Below are positions 57,485 through 64,000 of a stretch of DNA of 64,000 bases, piece after piece. A model generated the notes under the pieces. It saw nothing but the letters and a program-made list of their open reading frames with translations. It was not told where the DNA came from and did not search any database. The position numbers and the translations under genes are program-made. The stretch comes from Candidatus Magasanikbacteria bacterium RIFOXYD1_FULL_40_23 (GTDB taxonomy: Bacteria; Patescibacteriota; Patescibacteriia; Magasanikbacterales; GWA2-37-8): positions 57,968-121,967 of the forward strand of contig MFRA01000006.1 in assembly GCA_001783215.1 (NCBI GenBank), in the 5' to 3' direction. Position 1 is the first letter of the stretch. Every line of letters starts with the position of its first letter.

Positions 57485-58753
57485 ATGAGCAAAAATCAAG
57501 GAAATTTAATAAGCGGGCTAGATATAGGGTCAAATTTTGTTCGCATGGTGGTAGGGCAGGTAGTAGATAAAGAAAATAGCGCAGAAGAATTGCAGATTTT
57601 GGGGGCTGCCGAGTTTCCTTCCGAAGGCGTTCAGAAGGGTGTGATAAATAGCATAGAAGACGTTGTGTCCTCTGTTTCGGCGTGTTTAGAGCGAGTAGAG
57701 AGAATGGTGGGTGTTCCGATAGATAGTACTTGGGTTGGTATATCTGGACTGCATATTTTGTCACAGAACAGCAAAGGAGTCATAGCGGTCTCCAAAGCCA
57801 ATAACGAAATATCAGAAGAAGATATAAACAGAGCAGTAGAAGCTGCCAGATCAATTGCCACACCTTTGAATTATGAAGTTCTACATGTATTACCCAAACA
57901 CTATACAGTAGATGGGCAAGCTGGAATTAAAGATCCAACATCAATGACTGGTGTGCGTTTGGAAGTAGATACTCAAATTATTCTAGGATCATCATCTCAA
58001 ATTAAAAATTTAACTAAAGCTGTATATAGGGCAGGTATAGACATAGAAGACCTTGTTTTATCTATTATCGCCACAGCCGAAACAGTGGTCACTAAACGCC
58101 AAAAAGAGCTGGGAGTAATGGTGGTAAATTTTGGCGGCTCTACTACTAGTATAGCCGTGTTCGAAGAAGGCCAATTAATTCATACGGCAATTATACCGAT
58201 CGGTTCTCAGCTAGTTACCAACGATATTGCTGTAGGTTTGCGCACGTCGGTAGATATAGCAGAGAGAGTAAAATTAGAATTTGGCGATTGCAGGGCAGAT
58301 ATTTCTTCTAAGAAAGAAGAAATAGACCTATTTGAATTAGGCTCACCAGAGCATGAATTGGTAAAGAAAAAATATCTTAATGAAATAATTTCTGCTCGCG
58401 TAGAAGAGATTTTACAAAAAGTTGATAATGAGTTGCGCAAAATACAACGCTCTGGTTTGTTGCCTGCCGGCGTTATGTTTACAGGGGCCGGAGCTAAACT
58501 TCCAGGTTTGGTAGAAATGTCCAAGAAAGTTTTGCGTTTACCAGCCAATCTTGGGTATCCAATAAATGTTGTTAGTGTTACCGACAAGGTGAATGATTTA
58601 GGATTTGCTACTGCTGTAGGTTTGGTCAAATGGGGTAGTATTATGCATGTTGGCAACGGACGCGGTAAACCTTCATCAGGGGGTATGCTTGGAGGAGGTA
58701 CTAGCAAAGTTTTAGATCATATGAAAGGATGGTTTAAAACACTCATTCCATAA
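57485..58753 (+). CDS. ftsA: cell division protein FtsA
   Basis: Actin-like 'ISGLDIGSNFVRMVVGQV', about 420 aa, immediately upstream of ftsZ. Confidence 0.85.
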   Translation: MSKNQGNLISGLDIGSNFVRMVVGQVVDKENSAEELQILGAAEFPSEGVQKGVINSIEDVVSSVSACLERVERMVGVPIDSTWVGISGLHILSQNSKGVIAVSKANNEISEEDINRAVEAARSIATPLNYEVLHVLPKHYTVDGQAGIKDPTSMTGVRLEVDTQIILGSSSQIKNLTKAVYRAGIDIEDLVLSIIATAETVVTKRQKELGVMVVNFGGSTTSIAVFEEGQLIHTAIIPIGSQLVTNDIAVGLRTSVDIAERVKLEFGDCRADISSKKEEIDLFELGSPEHELVKKKYLNEIISARVEEILQKVDNELRKIQRSGLLPAGVMFTGAGAKLPGLVEMSKKVLRLPANLGYPINVVSVTDKVNDLGFATAVGLVKWGSIMHVGNGRGKPSSGGMLGGGTSKVLDHMKGWFKTLIP

Positions 58754-58945
58754 TCTTTAGAACAAGTCTTCTTGTCCACATTGGAGATAAAATTTTCTTG
58801 ACAGTACAATTCTTTAGCTATAAACTATATACCGGAGGCCACTCCGTTATTTTGTTTAAGCGCGTGTTGAATACAAAATTTATCCAATGAACTTATTCGT
58901 GTAGCTTTGCTCATTTCTGACTTTTAACTTTATAACCGTTATTGT

Positions 58946-60160
58946 ATGCCTCAAGTAAAACCAGATATAGAAACATTTGCCAAAATAAAAGTTATTGGTG
59001 TTGGTGGCTCTGGGGGCTCGGCTGTAAATCGCATGGTGAAAAGCAATATCCGCGGTGTAGATTTTATTGCCATGAATACAGATGTGCAAGCTCTTCACCA
59101 TAATGCAGCTCCGCAAAAACTTCATATTGGTAAAACAGTTACCCGCGGGTTGGGTGCTGGCATGGATCCAGAAGTAGGAAGAAAAGCTGCCGAAGAAAGC
59201 CAGAACGAAATTAGAGACATGGTAAAAGATGCCGATATGGTTTTTATTACCTGTGGCTTGGGTGGTGGTACAGGATCAGGAGCAGCTCCAATTGTTGCTG
59301 CTGTAGCCAAAGAAGTAGGAGCATTAACAGTTGCTGTAGTTACAAAACCCTTTGCTTTTGAAGGTCCCCAAAGAAGAGATATTGCTGACAAAGCTTGGGA
59401 GCAGCTAGCAAGAAATGTAGACGCAATCATTACAATTCCTAACGATCGTATTTTACAAATTATAGACAAGAAAACTACACTGTTAGAATCATTTAAAATC
59501 GTAGATGATATTCTGCGCCAAGGCGTACAGGGTATTGCCGAACTTATTACTATACCTGGTCTTATCAATGTAGACTTTGCTGATGTTAAAACTATCATGA
59601 AGGATGCTGGATCTGCGCTCATGGGTATCGGTACTGGTACCGGAGAGAACAGGGCAGTAGAAGCGGCCAAAGCAGCCATCTCCAGTCCTTTGTTGGAGTT
59701 GTCTATAGATGGCGCCAGAGGTATCTTGTTTACTATAACTGGTGGCCCAGATTTGGCTATGACAGAAGTAAGTGAAGCGGCCAGAATAGTTACTAGCTCA
59801 GCAGCCGAAGATTCCAAAGTTATTTTTGGTACAACCATAGATGAATCCATGGTTGGAAGTATGCGTATCGCAGTTATAGCCACCGGCTTCGATGATCGTC
59901 GTTCTAACTTTTCAACAGTCGAAGAAGATCAAGCGCAATCATTTTTTTCTAGCGCTCCAAAATATACCCCAAGTCCATTTATGAGAAGAGTGCAAAAGGA
60001 TGAAGAAGAGGAAGAAAAGAAATTTAAACAGATCGTTCATAATCCTGGCAATATACCAACTCCTTTATCCCGCAATCCGGTAGCGCCTCAAGTAAAAGAT
60101 AAAAACAGTGATGACGACTTAGAGATCCCAGCCTTTATTAGAAAGAAAATGGGAATATAA
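58946..60160 (+). CDS. ftsZ: cell division GTPase FtsZ
   Basis: 'GVGGSGGSAVNRM' and the tubulin signature 'GGGTGSGAAPIVA'. C-terminal conserved peptide 'DDLEIPAFIRKK'. Confidence 0.92.
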   Translation: MPQVKPDIETFAKIKVIGVGGSGGSAVNRMVKSNIRGVDFIAMNTDVQALHHNAAPQKLHIGKTVTRGLGAGMDPEVGRKAAEESQNEIRDMVKDADMVFITCGLGGGTGSGAAPIVAAVAKEVGALTVAVVTKPFAFEGPQRRDIADKAWEQLARNVDAIITIPNDRILQIIDKKTTLLESFKIVDDILRQGVQGIAELITIPGLINVDFADVKTIMKDAGSALMGIGTGTGENRAVEAAKAAISSPLLELSIDGARGILFTITGGPDLAMTEVSEAARIVTSSAAEDSKVIFGTTIDESMVGSMRIAVIATGFDDRRSNFSTVEEDQAQSFFSSAPKYTPSPFMRRVQKDEEEEEKKFKQIVHNPGNIPTPLSRNPVAPQVKDKNSDDDLEIPAFIRKKMGI

Positions 60161-60244
60161 ATTTATCTACTAAAAAACAGCACCTAATTAGGGTGTTGTT
60201 TTTTATAATAGCTAGAGGTATAATAATTGCAAGAAATCAAATTT

Positions 60245-60706
60245 ATGCGTTGTCCAATTTGCAACAATACAGAGACTAGCGTGGTAGATACCCGCCCAGC
60301 GGAAGACGATCTATCTATTCGTCGTCGTCGAGAGTGCGACAAATGCCAATATAGGTTTTCTACCGTAGAAGAAATGGAGTTGTTAGATATTATTGTTATA
60401 AAAAGCGACGGTGATAGGGAAACCTATATGCGTGACAAAATAGAGCATGGCATAAAGATGTCTCTTACTAAGCGCCCATATACCAGAGATGGGTTTCATC
60501 GTTTGGTGCATGCCATAGAGCTAGATATCCAGAAGAAAAAAACAAAAGAAATTTCTAGCAAAGATTTAGGCGAAGTTGTAATTAAACATCTGCGTGGTTT
60601 TGATAAGGTTGCTTACATTAGGTTCGCCAGTGTTTATAGAGATTTCAGAGATGTCCGTACCTTTGAAAAAGAATTAAAAAAGCTATCTTCTAAACAAGTA
60701 AAATAA
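60245..60706 (+). CDS. nrdR: transcriptional repressor NrdR
   Basis: Zn-ribbon 'MRCPICNNTETSVVDTRPAEDDLSIRRRRECDKCQYRFST' followed by an ATP-cone. The ORF track begins at 60227; the canonical start is 60245. Confidence 0.85.
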   Translation: MRCPICNNTETSVVDTRPAEDDLSIRRRRECDKCQYRFSTVEEMELLDIIVIKSDGDRETYMRDKIEHGIKMSLTKRPYTRDGFHRLVHAIELDIQKKKTKEISSKDLGEVVIKHLRGFDKVAYIRFASVYRDFRDVRTFEKELKKLSSKQVK

Positions 60707-60710
60707 TAAT

Positions 60711-61154
60711 ATGTTTAGGCACGCGCAAGTCCCAGATTCAGAAAATACGAAAAAAAATGATCAAAAAACAGACGTTACTCCAGCGCCGATTGTTAGCGCT
60801 ATCGAAAAAAGTAAGCCTGTGGCTACGTTAAGTGGCGATCTCGGATTAAAAGAGTTGGTTGAAAAAAATTTAAAATGGTCCCAAATTATCTACGAACAAA
60901 ATAGAAAGATAAATAGTAAGTTAATGTGGATGGCGATAGCTAGCTGGATTAAACTGTTTGTTATTATTATTCCTCTTATTTTGGCCATATTATTTTTACC
61001 TCCGGTATTTAAAGACATCTGGTCTCAGTATGGAGAGTTGTTGGGATCCGGCGCTTCCGACCCTAACCAAAAAACAAATTCTTTTGATAGTGTCATAAAA
61101 TTATTAAATTTGGACCCAGCCAAACAGGAGCAGTTAAAAGCTTTATTAAAATAG
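60711..61154 (+). CDS. hypothetical membrane protein
   Basis: 147 aa with one central TM 'LMWMAIASWIKLFVIIIPLILAILFLPPVF'. No motif. Confidence 0.4.
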   Translation: MFRHAQVPDSENTKKNDQKTDVTPAPIVSAIEKSKPVATLSGDLGLKELVEKNLKWSQIIYEQNRKINSKLMWMAIASWIKLFVIIIPLILAILFLPPVFKDIWSQYGELLGSGASDPNQKTNSFDSVIKLLNLDPAKQEQLKALLK

Positions 61155-61169
61155 CCAGACTTTTTAGTT

Positions 61170-62612
61170 ATGTTAGTAAAGAAAACCAAAATTTGTGCCA
61201 CCATCGGCCCTTCTTGTCAGGATTTTGATACATTGGTGTCTATGGTAAAAGCCGGTATGAATATTGCTCGGCTTAATTTTTCTCATGGTGACTATAAAAG
61301 TCATAAGTCTTTAATTGAAAATATAAGAAAAGTAGAGATAGAAACTGGTGAACCGGTTGCGATAATGCAAGATTTGCAGGGGCCAAAAATTAGAATAGGT
61401 GCTTTGCCAGAATCTGGCGTGGCAATAAAAGTTGGTGAAGAAGTCGTCCTCGACACTGCTTTGGTAGAGTATAAAGGCGGAGCTATCCCAGTTGACTACC
61501 CAGATTTACATAAATTTTTAGGAGCGGGAGAGAGGCTGCTTGTAGATGATGGTCATATTGAAATAAAGGTAAAAGGTGTCCAGGGAACAAAAATAACAGG
61601 TGAAGTAGTAGAAGGTTCGCTAATTTTATCCCACAAAGGATTAAATTTTCCAGACAGTGACTTGGATGTGGATGCGCTGGATGAAAAGGATAGAAAAGAC
61701 CTAAAGTTTGGCATAGAGCAAGGTGTAGATTTGGTAGCTATGTCTTTTGTGCGTAGTGCCAAGGATATTATTGATCTTCGTTTTTTAATAAAAGAATTTG
61801 AAACTGAGTTGGGTATTAAAAATCAGCAACCTATACGTATAGTAGCCAAAATAGAAAGAAGAATTGCTGTAGAAAATTTACAAGAAATTTTGGAAGCTAG
61901 CGACGGCGTGATGGTGGCGCGTGGAGATTTAGGTTTGGAAATGCCTGCGCCAGAAGTGCCGCTAGTACAGAAAAAGATAATAGACGATGCAAACGCTTTG
62001 GCCAAGCCGGTAATTGTTGCCACGCAAATGCTAGATTCTATGCGAGAGAATCGTCGTCCAACCAGAGCCGAAGTAAGCGATGTGGCCAACGCGGTGATAG
62101 ACCATGCCGATACACTTATGTTATCCAACGAAACCGCTGTAGGTAAACATCCGGTGTTAGTAATAGAAACGATGGCCGACATTATAGTAAGTACTGAAAA
62201 ATCGCACTATGATAACACCCCTTTGCCAGGCATACACAAAAATGGAACCTCTACCGAGGTGGCTATAAGCGAGCTATCTCGTATTTTGGCCGAAGAAGTG
62301 AAAGCTAAATTAATTTTGGCAGCTTCTTTTTCCGGAGAAACTGGTAGGCTCGTTAGTCATGTTCGTCCGCCGTTATTTATTTTAGTTGGTACTAGCACCC
62401 AAAGAGTCCAGAGACAGCTTAATTTATCTTGGGGAGTAACGCCGTTTATTTTGGAGCCATGCCAATCTATAGAAGAGCTGGTAGAGAGATCTATTGCTTA
62501 TATAAAGAAAAACAAAATTGCCAAAGTAGGGGACAAAATGGTGGTGGTGGCAGGGGAGCCAGTAGGGCATGCAGGTACGGTAAACTTGGTAGAAGTGCGA
62601 GAAATAAAATAA
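61170..62612 (+). CDS. pyk: pyruvate kinase
   Basis: 'KICATIGPSCQD', 'NFSHGDY', 'MVARGDLGLEMP', 480 aa. Confidence 0.88.
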   Translation: MLVKKTKICATIGPSCQDFDTLVSMVKAGMNIARLNFSHGDYKSHKSLIENIRKVEIETGEPVAIMQDLQGPKIRIGALPESGVAIKVGEEVVLDTALVEYKGGAIPVDYPDLHKFLGAGERLLVDDGHIEIKVKGVQGTKITGEVVEGSLILSHKGLNFPDSDLDVDALDEKDRKDLKFGIEQGVDLVAMSFVRSAKDIIDLRFLIKEFETELGIKNQQPIRIVAKIERRIAVENLQEILEASDGVMVARGDLGLEMPAPEVPLVQKKIIDDANALAKPVIVATQMLDSMRENRRPTRAEVSDVANAVIDHADTLMLSNETAVGKHPVLVIETMADIIVSTEKSHYDNTPLPGIHKNGTSTEVAISELSRILAEEVKAKLILAASFSGETGRLVSHVRPPLFILVGTSTQRVQRQLNLSWGVTPFILEPCQSIEELVERSIAYIKKNKIAKVGDKMVVVAGEPVGHAGTVNLVEVREIK

Positions 62613-62693
62613 GCAAAGCTTGAAATTACGTTGGGCTTCGAAAGAAAAAATAAATTTTTTCTTTCCTCACCCCTAGTAATTATAGATAAAAAC

Positions 62694-62731
62694 AAAAAAC
62701 CTCCAAATTCGGAGGTTTTTTGTTTTTATTT
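62694..62731 (+). terminator. rho-independent terminator after pyk
   Basis: aaaaaaCCTCCaaattcGGAGGttttttgtttttatttttt. Confidence 0.65.
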
Positions 62732-62772
62732 TTTTATCCACAGGTACGCTTGAAAGGCAAAGAGAGAGAGTA

Positions 62773-62810
62773 TTATATAGATTAGATTAATTCAGTCTAA
62801 TCTATATAAT
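62773..62810. promoter_or_regulatory. 13-bp perfect inverted repeat abutting the start codon of the 62811 ORF (candidate operator)
   Basis: tatatagattaga-ttaattcag-tctaatctatata. Confidence 0.35.
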
Positions 62811-63080
62811 ATGCCAAAACATGAAGGCGGGGGAATGCGGGAAAACCAGGAAAGCGAAGCGGAGTTTGCTAAGCGTGTGTTAGAAAGTACAGGTGTAGAT
62901 TTAAAGGATATGCAAGAAGGTGATCAGGGAGAGTTGGTAGGAAGCCATATCTTTTGTCAAAGAGGCGACGTTTTTGTTATAGCGACAGGTTATCCATCAA
63001 GAACTGATGAGACAACGGGGCAAGAGTTTTGGGAAGACCCGAAGAGTTTTAAAAAGATCACGTTTAAAGGAAGTAAATAA
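62811..63080 (+). CDS. hypothetical small protein
   Basis: 89 aa, acidic, no motif. Flanked by a palindrome upstream and a hairpin terminator downstream. Confidence 0.4.
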   Translation: MPKHEGGGMRENQESEAEFAKRVLESTGVDLKDMQEGDQGELVGSHIFCQRGDVFVIATGYPSRTDETTGQEFWEDPKSFKKITFKGSK

Positions 63081-63092
63081 CTATAATTAACT

Positions 63093-63127
63093 AAAATCGC
63101 CCCGATATTATGTCGAGGCGATTTTTT
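63093..63127. terminator. bidirectional hairpin terminator between the 62811 ORF and glyA
   Basis: aaaATCGCCccgatattatgtcgaGGCGATttttttatt. Confidence 0.55.
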
Positions 63128-63129
63128 TA

Positions 63130-64000
63130 TTACTTTAATGTCGGATACAGAGGAAACTTTTTTGTTAGTTCTAGTACTTGTTGTTTTATAGTCGCCAGCT
63201 TGGCATCGTCTTGCCAGTTAGTAATAGCTTCGTCTATCCAGCCAGCAATCAGTTTCATTTCTTCTTCCTTCATGCCGCGAGTAGTAATTGCTGGTGTGCC
63301 AAGGCGGATTCCAGATGGATCCATCGGTGAGCGAGGGTCGTCTGGGATCATATTTTTATTTACAGTAATTGCGGCTTTATCTAGTGCGATTTGGGCTTGC
63401 TTGCCAGGTACACCTTTGCTAGACATAACGTCTATAAGCAGTAAGTGGTTATCTGACCCGCCAAAGCATAATTTGTAATCTCGTTTGCGGAATTCTTCTT
63501 CTAAAATTTTTATATTCTTTTTTATTTGCTTGGCGTATTCTTTAAATTCCGGCAAGAGAGCTTCTTTAAAGGCAATGGCTTTGGCAGCAATATTATTTTC
63601 GTGCGGTCCGCCTTGGAACCCAGGGAAAACAGATTTGTCTATATCTTTGGCAAATTTTTCTTTACACATAATCATACCGCCGCGTGGGCCACGCAAAGTT
63701 TTATGAGTGGTGGTAGTTACAATATCAAAAATCGGTACAGGATTATTCATTTGTCCGCCAGCAATCAAGCCTGCAATATGAGCAATGTCGGCCATGGTAA
63801 TTGCGCCTACTTCATCGGCAATTGCTTTTATTTTTTCGTATTCTATTTCGCGCGAATATGCACTATAACCAACCAAAATAATTTTTGGTTTGTGTTCCAG
63901 AGCCATTTGGCGCAAATTTTCCAAATCAATCAATCCTTCGGCGTTAGTTTTGTAGCGTACGAAGTTATATATTTTGGCCATGTAAGTGACTGGGTGTCCG
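63130..64000 (-). CDS. glyA: serine hydroxymethyltransferase (3' portion; the gene runs past the window end)
   Basis: PLP-Lys region 'VTTTTHKTLRGPRGGMIM' and the SHMT C-terminal domain. The reading frame stays open upstream beyond 64000. Confidence 0.85.
   Translation of the reverse strand, partial: GHPVTYMAKIYNFVRYKTNAEGLIDLENLRQMALEHKPKIILVGYSAYSREIEYEKIKAIADEVGAITMADIAHIAGLIAGGQMNNPVPIFDIVTTTTHKTLRGPRGGMIMCKEKFAKDIDKSVFPGFQGGPHENNIAAKAIAFKEALLPEFKEYAKQIKKNIKILEEEFRKRDYKLCFGGSDNHLLLIDVMSSKGVPGKQAQIALDKAAITVNKNMIPDDPRSPMDPSGIRLGTPAITTRGMKEEEMKLIAGWIDEAITNWQDDAKLATIKQQVLELTKKFPLYPTLK

Overview
This 64 kb window is AT-rich (about 36-38% GC) with tightly packed genes almost all on the + strand, and it looks like a small-genome Patescibacteria/CPR-type bacterium. 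Evidence for that assignment: many genes lack Shine-Dalgarno motifs; the 16S rRNA carries a V1 expansion and an unusual 515-region (GTGCCAGCAGCAGCGGTAA); and VanW and T4SS-pilin-like domains are present. The housekeeping backbone is argS, ndk, gpsA, a PBP2/FtsI-type transpeptidase, murF, mutM, hsp20, clpP(-), nrnA-like(-), a short smc, rpsP, a KH-domain protein, trmD, lepB, hisS, rpsU, ybeY, dgkA, ftsA, ftsZ, nrdR, pyk and the C-terminal part of glyA(-). RNA genes are tRNA-Leu(GAG), a complete 16S rRNA with no 23S within the 28 kb that follow it, tRNA-Ile(GAU), tRNA-Val(GAC), and a decayed tRNA-Ile-like remnant interrupted by a GC-rich hairpin.

The accessory content worth a second look:
1. 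A 15.5 kb surface-protein locus (41087-56593). It encodes three giant secreted proteins of 674, 2470 and 1167 aa. Two of them share a near-identical N-terminal two-transmembrane module resembling VirB2/TrbC-like 'T4SS pilin' domains. That module is followed by Big/IPT domains, Myxococcus-type cysteine-rich repeats and LamG domains. Three paralogous membrane-anchored proteins with aspartate-rich, TSP3-like calcium-binding repeats sit immediately downstream.
2. A 1691-aa glycine-rich repeat protein with three ~1.1 kb intragenic tandem repeats and FN3 domains. It occupies the position where rimM normally lies between the KH protein and trmD.
3. A compositionally foreign stretch around the 16S gene. 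A ~60% GC NUDIX gene lies upstream. Downstream, a 2.5 kb protein-coding insert separates the 16S 3' end from the tRNAs; it carries strong-SD small genes, an HExxH protein and hairpin repeats that show compensatory base changes.
4. A family of AT-rich palindromic hairpin elements, one of which forms the 16S V1 expansion.
5. A co-directional enzyme cluster (1795-7387): nitroreductase-like, amino-acid dehydrogenase, PaaK-like adenylating enzyme, ThiF/E1-like, alpha/beta hydrolase. It may be a small tailoring or modification pathway.

No CRISPR array, transposase or integrase was seen.
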